Source of the DNA: a virus | Lineage: Duplodnaviria; Caudoviricetes | DNA: 25,786 bases | IMG/VR virus record: IMGVR_UViG_3300025018_000495 | Coordinates: 1 to 25,786 of that record | Strand: one strand, 5' to 3' | Shown here: positions 1-10,621 of the stretch, in pieces | Layout of the letters: the number at the start of each line of letters is the position of its first letter | Position numbering within the stretch: position 1 is the first letter of the stretch | The notes under the pieces: model-generated | What the model was told of the DNA's origin: nothing | The model's database searches: none | The model's input: only the letters and a program-made list of their open reading frames with translations | Made by a program: the position numbers and the translations under genes

Positions 1-2
1 CT

Positions 3-3000
3 GGCCCGGTGGACCTGGGTCGGTTGCTGTTCGACACCACTTACAAGCTCTCCCCACCCTTCAGCAACCTCCCTGTAGGCTCTGTGCTGCCTGGCAGTGC
101 TTTGGTGCTGGACGGCTACGCTATGCTCCGTCTGGGCTCCTCAGCGGGTGCTCAGAGTACCCCTGTGGGCACGTCTGACCCGGATGGGTTCACTGGTGTG
201 GTGGTGGTTTCTGATGGGGATGTCGAGAGCGCCTATCCCTTTGAGACGAGTCTCCGTGCTGGGGTGGTTGGCCAGACGAATGGGATTCTCCAGTTCAACC
301 CTGCCTTCATTGAGAAGAACGCGGGCAAGAATCTTTGGTACGTCTACCGAGGGTTCTCTGCTGACGCCGATGGCTACGTTGGGGGCATTCAGGACGACCT
401 GTTCATCTCCCCGGTGCCTGGTCCCACAGACCACCCCTTCATCCGCATCAACAACCGGACTCCTTTGGATGTGGAGTTGGTCATTGATGAGGCGGAGTTG
501 GCTCTGCGGGCTCCGGCCGAGGGTTCTTGTGCCGTTGCCCTGACCACGGGGCGGGTGAATCTCTCATCAGCCGATGTGGCCAAGGCCGACCCGGGGAACC
601 TGGGGGCTTTCAACAAGCATTTCCTCGGGGCACGGATCTACTACGACGGGGTCGCTCTCAACGCCATCCCACAACCCCTCAAGGGACCTCGCCCTCTGGT
701 GCAATCGGATGGCGTCACCACGACGCTGCACCCGGTCGAGCCGATGTACTTGCCGGATGCGCTTCCGTGGCCGGAAGACCTGACGGGATCGGATGAGCAA
801 TTCCGTGGTCTGGGGCTGTCAGGTGTGCTGCACATGCCCGATGGGACGGGAGCCATTCCTGACCCTGATGGTGTGAACCCCGCTTTGGTAGATGACCCCA
901 TTCGACCTGGTGGGGACAGCCTTCCTCCCATTGGGGGCGGTGCCGCTCCTCAGTCCTTGGGCCTCATCCGTCAGATCTCCGACGGGGTGGGTGACCTACT
1001 CCTGTTCGCAAAGGGGGGGTCTGTCACCGAGGTCGTGGTGGTGGATCGCATCAGTGATCTGCCCACCTATCCACACTCAGTCCCAGGGGGGACAGGGTAC
1101 ATCTCGCGTGAGCCTGTTCCCGTGGGCATCAAGGGCGGGGTTCTTCACTCTGTCGTCCAGCTCGGCTCTGACTCGCGGAAGCGCTTTGCAGGCGAGGTGG
1201 TCTATTTCCTCCAGGCCTCCCTGAACCCCGCAACGTACACCGAGAAGGCGTCCATCGCCTCCAAGAGCCGTCTGGTGTTCCGTTTTGATGGCTCAGAGGT
1301 GCTTTACTTCTCCATCGACGGGGTGGCTCACGACTGGCCTTCGAGCCTGTTGCTGGCAGCTCTCCCCGACAACGATTTCTTTGACGCTGGGGAGGTGGCC
1401 GCCTCCGTCCAGGCTCGCATCGTGGCCCAGGCTGGTACGGGCATTTGCCGGGCCTCCGGGGACCGGGTGGTACTGGAAGCAGTGGACCCTGACAGTGGCC
1501 TGGTCGAGATCGGTTGGGGTGACCCCAAGGACCTGACGGGCACCGCAGCTCTGGGGTTCTTGCCGGGTTGGGTGGCGGAGGCTGGCAAGCCAAACTGGTT
1601 GTCCGATGCTGGCATCTCGGTGGGGCTCTCGCGCAGCCTGCTGAACCTGGACCGCAGCAAACCAGACGCGGACTACATCGCTCAGTACCGTCTGGAAGAC
1701 GTCATCCTGGCGGAGTCCGTCCAGCCGTCCCCGTTTACCTTCTTGGACTTCGCTCCGGTGGAGGACATCGCGGGCTACGATGAGGGAGTGTTTTTCAACC
1801 TTCAGACCGTGGCCTCTCAGGGCGAGGAACTGCGCATCATTGACAAGCGGTTGGGTCACTACGAGGAGATCGAGCACAGGTTCACTGAGGGGAAGTTCGC
1901 CTGGTTGACAGAGTCTTTGTCTTCCAACGCGGTGACACAGCGCACCACGACCATCAACCTCGGGAATCCCAGTGTGGTTCCTGCAACGCTGTTGAACGCT
2001 CCGGGCATCAATGGGGCCTTTTTGGCGGCAGAGGATGGGGGGCGGTTCGTGGTCCAGCAGCAGGGGGTGGACTACCTCCTCCCGGACCAAGGCCTCTCCG
2101 GCACGATTCAGATCACCACCCGCTACGGGGCCTCCGTAGCTTCTGGCGGGCAGGGATCCTACCAGGTGGGTGGGACGACTTTCACCGACGCTCAGGGGCT
2201 GTTCCTCGTCACCCTCAAGGCCGGGGACCGTATCAAGCTCTCATCGGGTCCTGCACAGGGCTCCTATGTCATCACGTCGGTGACGGACAACACCCACTGC
2301 GAGGTCACACCCCCGTTCATCGCGGACGCGGACCGAGCGACCCCGTGGGAGGCCTTCTCGGGCTATCCAGACAGCGTCTACGACCCGGCGGTGGTCGCGG
2401 ACCAGGTCTACAAGCCCTTCAGCCACCTGCCGGAGGAGCCCTTCCAGGTACGGATGCTGACCCCGCTCGGTGCTGTTGGGGTCACCGACTTCCAGGCGAA
2501 TGTCGAGGACGCCAACGCGAGTGGCCGCTCGGTGAGTTTGCGGTTTGGCCCCGTGCATCCGGGAGTGGGACTCACAGCGACGCTCTATCCGATCGGGCTC
2601 AGATCTCTGGGGGACGTAGCCAACAACACCCTGTTTCTGCCTTACACGGTGCATGTGGGCGAGGGGGCTTTTTCCCTCTGGGTGGGCACGGAGATGTTCT
2701 CGCCACTGGCAGTGACGGCGTTCACGATTGACCCTGTGGGGGTGGAGTACCTGACGGCTGATTGGATGGATGGGGGTGGATTCCTACATCCCAAGGGGGA
2801 GATGAAGTTCAACTCCACCCTGCTCACGGATCTGGCTTCGAGCGATGTCCTCTATGTGGAGGAGCTGCGTGACGCAGCGAATTTGCTGGCAGGGGATGCC
2901 GAGTACGATCCGAAGACGGGCCATGTCCGCATTTCGGCAGCGGATGCCGTCACACATGCGGGGAAACAGCTTTATTTCGTCGAGCAGATGGTGCCTGGAT

Positions 3001-6000
3001 CCGATGTGTCGGTGTCCCCGATGGTGGGGGCGGTGAGCTTCCGCAAGCCCATGGCCAAGGGCTGCTTGGTCGAGATGGAATACTGGCTGGCCACGGTAGA
3101 AGGCCGGCGAGTCGGTGGAGTAGCCGACACCATCATTGAGTTCCTTCCGGTCTTCGCCCGACGTGAGACCGTGACTCGGTTGAGCGATCACGAGTTCCAG
3201 ATCGATTCACTGGGAGAGCACGTCCTCGACACCCGGGTGGAGCCCTTGGTTTTCGTAGGTCCGAAGCAGCAGAACTTCGGCGTGGAGGACTTCACCACGG
3301 ATCAGCCTGGGCACTTGCTGGGGATGCGGTTGAGTTTCAACCGTGATCTTCCTGCTTGGGCCACCCCTGTGGCGACCTACTCGGTGTTCGATGCTCTGGG
3401 TGGGGAGCGGGCGTACACGACTTCTCAGAGCCCGGTCTACCGGCCACCCTTCTACATCCCGGCGGGCCGGGATAACTTCGGGCTTCGAGGAAACCGTCTC
3501 GCGGATTTTGAGGTTGGCCAGATGCTCCGCATTGGGGCTGAGTGCTTCTACCTCACGGCCTTGGCCTACTTCCCAGATCCTGATACCACTCGGGTGGACA
3601 TTTACCCGTCCACCTCCAGCGAGGTGGGCTCTCGGTCGCCTGGTAACGACGTGCTCACCCTGGTGACCGGTGGTCCAATCACGCCGGTGCTCGACCCTGA
3701 TGGTCTAGCCCCCATCGCTACAACGGCTCCCGCTGGGTTCATGCAGGAGGTGCCCACAACGGCCTTCCCGTTCGAGCCCGTCAACGCCAAGCAGAGTAGC
3801 ATCACGTTCCTCGGAGACCTCTCGACCTTCGCGGTGCCTGGGCACATCATGGAAGTCGCCGGGATGCCATTCACCATCGCCTCGGCGACGCTGAGCGAGG
3901 ATGGCACCCGGACGAAGATCACGTTCACGTCCCCTTTCCGTATGGCTGTGACCTCCCAGGGCACGACGGTGCGGCTCTCCTATCGGCCGGTGTACCCGCC
4001 GGACACCCGGCAGCTTGTAGGCATCGGCCCCTATGTGGTTTCCGAGGGCGTCGAGTTGGTTCTCTTCGGTGAGGTGTCCGGTGGGGTGGAGCAACCCGGC
4101 CGGACGCTGGCTGAGGGGACTGAGTTCCAGATCGACCCTGAGACCGGAGTGGTGCTCCTGACAGAGCCTTTGCAGGCTCCACTCGGATCGGGTCAGAAAC
4201 TCCTGCTCTCCCACACGAAGATCCGGGTGATGGAGCCCTTCTTCTCGGGTGGTTCGGTGCAGTTCCCCCGATGGTTCGCCAAGTACAAGCACAACGTCCT
4301 CCCGAGTGCGGACAATGGCTACCTGGGTGGGACTCTCACCGCGACTTACACCTTTGACAGTCCCGATTCCCTTTACTATCGGGCTCTTCCCCTGCGCAGT
4401 TACCTCGGTGAGGCCGTCACACAGGCCGTCCGAGAGATGAAGCAAGGTCAGTCTTCGGGAGGGCCTCGACTGACGGTGCCGGCGGGGGACAACAACTGGG
4501 ACAAGGGCAACCTCGGGATTCCTTCGGAACGTCGGGACCTTCTCGACAAGGACCGGGCAGCCAGGGCGTTGCTGGGGTTCTACAACGATTCCGTGGTGGC
4601 GTTCGAGCAGGTGTTGGAGTGCATCGACGGCAAGTTCATCGGCGACCGGGATGGGAAGTTCAGGTTCTGGATTGGTCGAGGTCCTGAGTACACACCCCCA
4701 GGCTACGAAGATGCCATCACGGGTCTGTTGAATCCCTCGAACGTCTGGGACCTGGTCTTCAACGAAGGAGACGCCACACGGGACATCACGTTCCTTGAGG
4801 CCGACCCCCTGGTGAAGCCAGAGGTGGCCACCATCTCCGACTTCCGGTTGGCAGGGGCTCCTCTTGGGGTGTCACGCCTCCGCAAGATGATGGACCACCA
4901 GAAGTTGTTGGTTCGCAACGACGTGGATGACGTCCTGCTCTTGGGAGCTTCCAAGCCGAAGCTCATCCCGACCAACTCCGCTCCCTATTTCACCTTGGAG
5001 TCGAAGGGGGTGTTTGACCGGATGGGTGGGACCCACAGGTACTCCCGGTTGTTCCCCACGTCCGCGAGGGTGCTGTTCACCCTGTTGCCGGGCATCGGGG
5101 CTGACCTGACGGTGGGGGACGTGGGCGTCTACTCATGGGGCACCATCAACCCGGAAACCGGGGAGAAAGAAAGCACCTACGGGACTCCGATCGGCCAGGT
5201 GGCTAACCCAGTCCTCGGCGACATCACGAATGTCTCTGAGAGTCTCATCCGGTTACGTTTTCCCCGCACTCGGGTATTCGGCTACTACCCCAATGGCCTT
5301 CTTGCGGATGCCCTGTTCTCAGGTTCCCCGGCGGTCACACAACCCTGTTGTGTCGTCTCGATGGTGCCTCTGTCGGAACTTCCGGTGGACCCTGCAACGG
5401 GATACCCGGATGTGAGTCGGTTCCTGTCCCAGGATGTGGCTGGAGACATCCCGGATGCCAAGGCGGGCGACCCTCTGATGGCCCTGCCCGGATTCGAGTC
5501 CGGTCAGAAAATCGGCTGGGGTACGCCGGATGGTCAGTTCCTCGCAGCGTTGTTCCCTGAGGAGTACAGCCTCATCGGGCTCAAGTTCTACACCAGTGTG
5601 TTCGTGGATGAGGTGCTCCACGGGTGTGTGCTGACGTTCAAGAATCGGCTCGGTGTCGCCATCACCAACCCCAACGACCTGTTGGTGGGGACTACGGCGA
5701 ACACCGGTACACCAGCCCACCTGTACCCCATCGAGCGGTCCGACACCATCTACGTCCTGCCTCCTGACGCCACGAACCCCATTTCGGATCCGACGACCGA
5801 TTCCCCGACGATGGAGGTCATGCAGCAGGCAGCCTTGATGATGCCCACGCTTCGGCAGGGGGTGGACATCACCGTGGACACGAGCGGTCGAGTCATCGAC
5901 CTGTCCCTGCCTTCTTGGGCGGATCCTTTCCTGTTCCCCATCAAAGAGATCACGGGCCAGAAGTCTCCAGTGCCGATGAGCCATCTGGAAGGCTTGGTGG

Positions 6001-9000
6001 ACTTCGCCAACATCGATCCTCTCCCACTGAACACCCCGGCGTTGCTCGGCCGGCCTTTCGACGATGCTGGGGACATCCAGATCCCGTACATGAGGGGTAC
6101 GAACACGGAACTGGACCGGTTCAACGAGATCACCAACGTCCTTGGGCCGCTGATGGCAGCGGATCCGGTTGCAGGAGGCTACTACCCGGACGAGATCCTG
6201 TTCACGGATGGTGAGGTGCTGGCAGCGGCTGTAGCACTCGGGGGAGGCTACTATCAGGAGCCTTCGACCCTGATGACTCAGACCAAGACGGATCCGGCGG
6301 CGACCAACGGGGTGGTGCCGGGACAGGAAGGGGACCTCCTCCTGGTGCAGGTGGACCCTGGTGCACCTTTGGGATGGCAGGGGCTTCTCTCGGTGGGCCG
6401 TCTCACCAATGCGAACGTGGGTGGAGATGACTGGTCTTGGATCGAACCGCCACGGTTCGTGACTCAGGTGAGCCAGGGCACCCCGATGATCTACAGCCTG
6501 GACAACTACTACGTCCACACGACTCCAGGCAACTACCCGGTGGATCCTCAGGTGACGAATCCACCGGGGGTGCGGTTGTTCGACGACATCGCCGGGACGA
6601 CCACGGCCATCTCTTTCCAGGATGTGGCTATCGGGCTGAACGATGGGAATGCCATCAACACGGGCAACCTCAACACCATTCTGGCGGCCTCGGTTGACAA
6701 CATCGTCAAGGTCAACCTGATCTCCCGTCCAGACGACACCGTGTTGAACGGTCCTGCGGGGGCGGTTTCCATCGCGGACATGAAGGATGGTCGGGTCATC
6801 CTCACCATCTGGATCCGGTCGGGAGATGCCAAAGTCATAGACTACCAGGGTAACGACACCGGTTGGGTTGCTCACGGAGGTGTGACTTTTGGTGGGTTCG
6901 ATGCGGTGGGTGGAGAACCAGCACCGGGGCCGGTCTCCGGGTATCGCCACATCATTTTGACTGGTTGGTCCGGTCAGATTCCGTTCACGCCCGCTGTGGG
7001 GACGGAGGTTCAATGGTTCCTGCCTCACGACCACCAGGATCCCGCTGGTCCAAACGATCGGAAGATCAGCAAGTACGGGTGGGAGTTTTCCCTGAGCATC
7101 GACACAACGGTGGCAGGGCAGAGCACCTCCGCCTACATCGACTCGGACCGACTCACCTTCCACGAGGTCATCGACTTCACGGGTGCTCGACCCCGTGGGT
7201 TCGAGCACGACAATGGGGTGGGGGCGACTCACGTCTATCAGACGCAGCTCCGGGTCAGCTACATCCTCCTGGGCTCAGGAGTACCCTCTACAGCCAACGA
7301 TGTGGCAGCCGGCTCCCTGAGCTTCCTGAGTCGAGTGGGATCGCTCACCAACCTGGAAGGCACCTGGAACCCTGCCCCCTCACCGGCAGAGGAAGGTTCC
7401 CTTCGGGTGATGGCCTTCGAGTGGGTGAACACGCCCGTCACGGCTTCTAACATCACGGCTGCTCTGGTGACGTCTCAGTCACTGGACACGGATGGAGTAC
7501 CCATTCTGGTGGGGAATGGCATCGCGGAGGGAAACCAGATCCATACGGTCGTACCCGCTGTTCTGAGTGGGGATGTCGGTCGGGTGGAGAAGGGAGACCT
7601 GGTCTACATTGACCGGTCGGACAGTGCCCTGCCCTACTCCGCAACGGAGAAGGCCGGGACGTACCTCGTCCGGTATGCCGTGGAGCCCACGGTAGGTCCC
7701 AACCTCTACAAGCCTGTGATCGGGGCCACGTTGAAGAGTGGCGGTGGGTTCGTTACCTCCCTGTTCCCTCGGGTGGTCTCCATCAACCACGCGACTCCCC
7801 GCCTGGAGCTGGATAGCTATGTAATCCTACCGGCAGCGGGCAAGGTCTATGTGCAGTTGGGGGACCTGGATACCGCTGTCCTGGCGGAATACAAGGTTGC
7901 GCTGTTCAGTGTGGAGTACGGTAGCATAGACGGTTTGGGGCTGGTCCTGACGCCCGGTACGTTCAAGTGGGCCGATGACTCCGCTGTAGCCGCCCCCGCC
8001 ACCGATCTGACGACCGCAATGATGGCGGGTCGTCAGATTGGGTGGCATGACAACTCGGGTGGCGGTACTGGAATCCAGCGGATCCCCATCCAGATTCGGG
8101 GGGATTCCCTCCCTGATGACTCCTCGGTGGTGGGCTATGACGTGGGGGCGTCCTACGGGGTCAACACCCTTACGTTCAGCCGCTATGGTTCCGTGGCTCT
8201 CACGTTTGGTGCCTTGGAGATTGTGAGAGGGACGGGTCCCGCTGCTGGTGAGGCTGGGGTGGATCAAAGCCCAGTCTACGGCAGCGAGGTGTTCGACCCG
8301 ACGGGGGAGGAGATCGTATACGAGGACGTGCCCTACCTGCTCAGTCTCTACCTGGACATTGTCCAAGCCAAAACGCTCAACGACCCACATGCCGTGAGCA
8401 CTGGTGCCGGGGTGGCGTGCCTGTTGCCAGGGTCCTTGGCCATCACGGACTTCTGGGCCAAGGGTGGGGTCTTCGTCGAGCCTTCGACTCCCATGCACGT
8501 CCCCAACCTCAGCCCTGTTTTGGACCCCAAGGTGGTGGATGCCTCTAGGTCCCTAACGGCAGGGACCATTGGGATGCGCAGCCCCACTACAGCGGAGGGG
8601 GTGCATTTCGAGGTTCGACGGTGCCGACGGTGGCACGGCCAGCAGAACGGCGTCAACGATGCGTTCCATCCTTTGCAGTACGCCTATGAGATCCGTCGAG
8701 GCATCGTCACCGATTTCAGTAGGAACGAGCAGCAGTTCGGGACCTTGACGGCTCTGAACTTCGAGATGAACTGGAACGTCGGGACACCTTTCCCCCGTGT
8801 TCCTGACGTGTGGAGCGACAACGATGGGGTGCTGCACCAGGGGACGAACCTGGGACCTTTCACCTCCGAGGACGTGAACATCAACCCGGGGGACATCCTT
8901 CGCTTGCTCGATGATGCTGGCGTGGTGCTGGAGGAAGCTGTCGTTTCCGAGGTCGTCTCTGATGCTGTGCTGAAGCTCAAGGCTCCGGGCTTCGCCACGC

Positions 9001-10382
9001 TGACCCAGGCCAGTGTGATTGGTCGTCGCTTCGAGGTCTGGTTGCGCCAGGCCCCTGTTCCTCACGAGCAGAGCAATGAGCATCTCCTGGACCTGATCAC
9101 CGACCAGGTCATCCACGAGACGGTGGCGGACCAGAGTGACGTTGACCCGAGCAACTGGGTCGGCGGCTATGTTCCAGATGTGGCGGTGCCCGGGGATTGG
9201 ACGAGCATCGCCAACCTGCTCTACGACGATTCGGTCTCCCCACCGGACTTCGTGGCTTTGGGGGTCCGTGCCGGCGACATCGTCATCATTGACCCTATGG
9301 GCCTGATGCCTGTGGTGGATGAGCGCGGTGCACGCCCGTTCGGTGACACCAGCGTGCCGGGCCGCACGGCTGGGGTTAACCCGAGCCCTCACGTTATGGG
9401 CCAGGTGTCGAGCCTGGACGACAACCGGGGCTTCTATCGGGTGCAGTCTGTGGAGGCTACGAACCTCACATTGGACCCCGTGCACAGCTTTGCAGGCACC
9501 TTGGGTGCTGACGTGCTGATGGCGACCACGCAGACGGACCTGATGTACGCCATCTATCCAACTGTGGGTCTCTCCGAGCTGTCGGATCCTGCCCCGAACA
9601 CTGGGGAGGGTCAGAACGATTTGCGCCCAACGCACAGAGCAACCAAGGCCAATCCCCTGTTCTGGTCCTTCACGGACCCTGGGGATCCAGTGCTGGACAA
9701 GCACTCGTTGCGACCCTTCAGCTACCGCATCATTCGTCCGAACGCGATGTTCAGTGCAGAGATCGTGGACGCTGTGCTGATGATGCGGGAGCGGATGCTC
9801 TCACTCATCGAGATGTTCCGGTCGGTGATGAAGGGGGCCAAGGGCGGCTACTACTGGGACTGGCAGGACCAAGAGCATGTTCTGGACCTGGGAGATCCTC
9901 GGGACCCAGACTCGGGCAGTGGGTTGTTCCCCAACCGGTTGGTCACGACGCTGGTGGGAGAGGTGGATTACTCCCCCTTCATCAACACCAACGACTGTCT
10001 CTCGTTGCTGGACCGCCGTTTCTGGGTTCTCGACCGTCGGTTGGACACATTGAAGCCAGATGCTTCCAATCCCTTTGGGATGACGGAGTTCACGGCATTG
10101 GATCCGTCGTTCCCTGATGTGGGTGGTCCCTACACGGCCTATACGGACCAGGTAACAGGAGGTTCAGAGGTACGTCCCGTTCTTCCTGATGAGCTGGGAC
10201 TCATTCTCGATGTCCGCGATCGTCTTCGGGCGATCCGGTACACCTGGCTGGCTTACCGGACGCACCGGTACATTGGAACCCTGGCCCGTGTGCAGGCCTT
10301 TGATGAGGCTCTCCCGGCCAGGCTGGAAGACCGCCAGAGAACACTGCTTCTGGAGCAGACAGCCGAAGGGGTGACAGGGTGA
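3..10382 (+). CDS. Giant (>3450 aa, 5'-truncated) multidomain protein, probably a virion or baseplate-associated structural protein; function unknown
   Basis: The frame is open from position 3 (GGC CCG GTG...), so the track's GTG at 9 is probably not the real start. There is no stop for more than 10 kb and third positions are G/C-biased. The protein is G/P/V/T/D-rich with beta-type repeats (e.g. FTDAQGLFLVTLKAGDRIKLSSGPAQGSYVITSV; TLAEGTEFQIDPETGVVLL) that recur in the downstream baseplate proteins. The CDS is certain; the product call is inference. Confidence 0.7.
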   Translation, partial: GPVDLGRLLFDTTYKLSPPFSNLPVGSVLPGSALVLDGYAMLRLGSSAGAQSTPVGTSDPDGFTGVVVVSDGDVESAYPFETSLRAGVVGQTNGILQFNPAFIEKNAGKNLWYVYRGFSADADGYVGGIQDDLFISPVPGPTDHPFIRINNRTPLDVELVIDEAELALRAPAEGSCAVALTTGRVNLSSADVAKADPGNLGAFNKHFLGARIYYDGVALNAIPQPLKGPRPLVQSDGVTTTLHPVEPMYLPDALPWPEDLTGSDEQFRGLGLSGVLHMPDGTGAIPDPDGVNPALVDDPIRPGGDSLPPIGGGAAPQSLGLIRQISDGVGDLLLFAKGGSVTEVVVVDRISDLPTYPHSVPGGTGYISREPVPVGIKGGVLHSVVQLGSDSRKRFAGEVVYFLQASLNPATYTEKASIASKSRLVFRFDGSEVLYFSIDGVAHDWPSSLLLAALPDNDFFDAGEVAASVQARIVAQAGTGICRASGDRVVLEAVDPDSGLVEIGWGDPKDLTGTAALGFLPGWVAEAGKPNWLSDAGISVGLSRSLLNLDRSKPDADYIAQYRLEDVILAESVQPSPFTFLDFAPVEDIAGYDEGVFFNLQTVASQGEELRIIDKRLGHYEEIEHRFTEGKFAWLTESLSSNAVTQRTTTINLGNPSVVPATLLNAPGINGAFLAAEDGGRFVVQQQGVDYLLPDQGLSGTIQITTRYGASVASGGQGSYQVGGTTFTDAQGLFLVTLKAGDRIKLSSGPAQGSYVITSVTDNTHCEVTPPFIADADRATPWEAFSGYPDSVYDPAVVADQVYKPFSHLPEEPFQVRMLTPLGAVGVTDFQANVEDANASGRSVSLRFGPVHPGVGLTATLYPIGLRSLGDVANNTLFLPYTVHVGEGAFSLWVGTEMFSPLAVTAFTIDPVGVEYLTADWMDGGGFLHPKGEMKFNSTLLTDLASSDVLYVEELRDAANLLAGDAEYDPKTGHVRISAADAVTHAGKQLYFVEQMVPGSDVSVSPMVGAVSFRKPMAKGCLVEMEYWLATVEGRRVGGVADTIIEFLPVFARRETVTRLSDHEFQIDSLGEHVLDTRVEPLVFVGPKQQNFGVEDFTTDQPGHLLGMRLSFNRDLPAWATPVATYSVFDALGGERAYTTSQSPVYRPPFYIPAGRDNFGLRGNRLADFEVGQMLRIGAECFYLTALAYFPDPDTTRVDIYPSTSSEVGSRSPGNDVLTLVTGGPITPVLDPDGLAPIATTAPAGFMQEVPTTAFPFEPVNAKQSSITFLGDLSTFAVPGHIMEVAGMPFTIASATLSEDGTRTKITFTSPFRMAVTSQGTTVRLSYRPVYPPDTRQLVGIGPYVVSEGVELVLFGEVSGGVEQPGRTLAEGTEFQIDPETGVVLLTEPLQAPLGSGQKLLLSHTKIRVMEPFFSGGSVQFPRWFAKYKHNVLPSADNGYLGGTLTATYTFDSPDSLYYRALPLRSYLGEAVTQAVREMKQGQSSGGPRLTVPAGDNNWDKGNLGIPSERRDLLDKDRAARALLGFYNDSVVAFEQVLECIDGKFIGDRDGKFRFWIGRGPEYTPPGYEDAITGLLNPSNVWDLVFNEGDATRDITFLEADPLVKPEVATISDFRLAGAPLGVSRLRKMMDHQKLLVRNDVDDVLLLGASKPKLIPTNSAPYFTLESKGVFDRMGGTHRYSRLFPTSARVLFTLLPGIGADLTVGDVGVYSWGTINPETGEKESTYGTPIGQVANPVLGDITNVSESLIRLRFPRTRVFGYYPNGLLADALFSGSPAVTQPCCVVSMVPLSELPVDPATGYPDVSRFLSQDVAGDIPDAKAGDPLMALPGFESGQKIGWGTPDGQFLAALFPEEYSLIGLKFYTSVFVDEVLHGCVLTFKNRLGVAITNPNDLLVGTTANTGTPAHLYPIERSDTIYVLPPDATNPISDPTTDSPTMEVMQQAALMMPTLRQGVDITVDTSGRVIDLSLPSWADPFLFPIKEITGQKSPVPMSHLEGLVDFANIDPLPLNTPALLGRPFDDAGDIQIPYMRGTNTELDRFNEITNVLGPLMAADPVAGGYYPDEILFTDGEVLAAAVALGGGYYQEPSTLMTQTKTDPAATNGVVPGQEGDLLLVQVDPGAPLGWQGLLSVGRLTNANVGGDDWSWIEPPRFVTQVSQGTPMIYSLDNYYVHTTPGNYPVDPQVTNPPGVRLFDDIAGTTTAISFQDVAIGLNDGNAINTGNLNTILAASVDNIVKVNLISRPDDTVLNGPAGAVSIADMKDGRVILTIWIRSGDAKVIDYQGNDTGWVAHGGVTFGGFDAVGGEPAPGPVSGYRHIILTGWSGQIPFTPAVGTEVQWFLPHDHQDPAGPNDRKISKYGWEFSLSIDTTVAGQSTSAYIDSDRLTFHEVIDFTGARPRGFEHDNGVGATHVYQTQLRVSYILLGSGVPSTANDVAAGSLSFLSRVGSLTNLEGTWNPAPSPAEEGSLRVMAFEWVNTPVTASNITAALVTSQSLDTDGVPILVGNGIAEGNQIHTVVPAVLSGDVGRVEKGDLVYIDRSDSALPYSATEKAGTYLVRYAVEPTVGPNLYKPVIGATLKSGGGFVTSLFPRVVSINHATPRLELDSYVILPAAGKVYVQLGDLDTAVLAEYKVALFSVEYGSIDGLGLVLTPGTFKWADDSAVAAPATDLTTAMMAGRQIGWHDNSGGGTGIQRIPIQIRGDSLPDDSSVVGYDVGASYGVNTLTFSRYGSVALTFGALEIVRGTGPAAGEAGVDQSPVYGSEVFDPTGEEIVYEDVPYLLSLYLDIVQAKTLNDPHAVSTGAGVACLLPGSLAITDFWAKGGVFVEPSTPMHVPNLSPVLDPKVVDASRSLTAGTIGMRSPTTAEGVHFEVRRCRRWHGQQNGVNDAFHPLQYAYEIRRGIVTDFSRNEQQFGTLTALNFEMNWNVGTPFPRVPDVWSDNDGVLHQGTNLGPFTSEDVNINPGDILRLLDDAGVVLEEAVVSEVVSDAVLKLKAPGFATLTQASVIGRRFEVWLRQAPVPHEQSNEHLLDLITDQVIHETVADQSDVDPSNWVGGYVPDVAVPGDWTSIANLLYDDSVSPPDFVALGVRAGDIVIIDPMGLMPVVDERGARPFGDTSVPGRTAGVNPSPHVMGQVSSLDDNRGFYRVQSVEATNLTLDPVHSFAGTLGADVLMATTQTDLMYAIYPTVGLSELSDPAPNTGEGQNDLRPTHRATKANPLFWSFTDPGDPVLDKHSLRPFSYRIIRPNAMFSAEIVDAVLMMRERMLSLIEMFRSVMKGAKGGYYWDWQDQEHVLDLGDPRDPDSGSGLFPNRLVTTLVGEVDYSPFINTNDCLSLLDRRFWVLDRRLDTLKPDASNPFGMTEFTALDPSFPDVGGPYTAYTDQVTGGSEVRPVLPDELGLILDVRDRLRAIRYTWLAYRTHRYIGTLARVQAFDEALPARLEDRQRTLLLEQTAEGVTG

Positions 10383-10621
10383 GCAACCAAGCAGACGAGA
10401 TGGCGGATTTGCAGAAGCGGCTGAAGGCTGCGGGCATTGATCCTGGACAGTGGGGAGAGCTGGGAGGCCACGGCCCCAAGACTCCTGGGTTTGCTCTGCG
10501 GCTGGCAGGCAACCTCACGAAGCTCAACGCCCTGCTAGAGGTGGCGGTGCAGGAAAAGGAGGCGGAGGTCCGGGTGTTGGAGGAGAAAATCATCCGGCTC
10601 CGTTTTGGCGGGGGTAGCTGA
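10379..10621 (+). CDS. Small hypothetical protein (80 aa) with C-terminal coiled coil
   Basis: GTG start overlaps the upstream TGA (GTGA), with an alternative ATG at 10400. Its TGA overlaps the next ATG (TGATG), so it fills the gap exactly. Heptad-like segment LTKLNALLEVAVQEKEAEVRVLEEKIIRLR. Confidence 0.8.
   Translation: MSNQADEMADLQKRLKAAGIDPGQWGELGGHGPKTPGFALRLAGNLTKLNALLEVAVQEKEAEVRVLEEKIIRLRFGGGS

Noticed and set aside
9-11. GTG at 9 as the start of the giant protein
   Set aside because: The frame is open upstream to the window edge and there is no room to see an RBS, so the gene is most likely 5'-truncated.
5319-7232. 637-aa minus-strand ORF, and similar ones at 8553-9704, 16391-17656, 18116-19138, 20571-21581 and 24435-25499
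   Set aside because: These are antisense shadows of GC-biased + strand genes. They lie entirely within long genuine ORFs and their translations show no recognisable motif.
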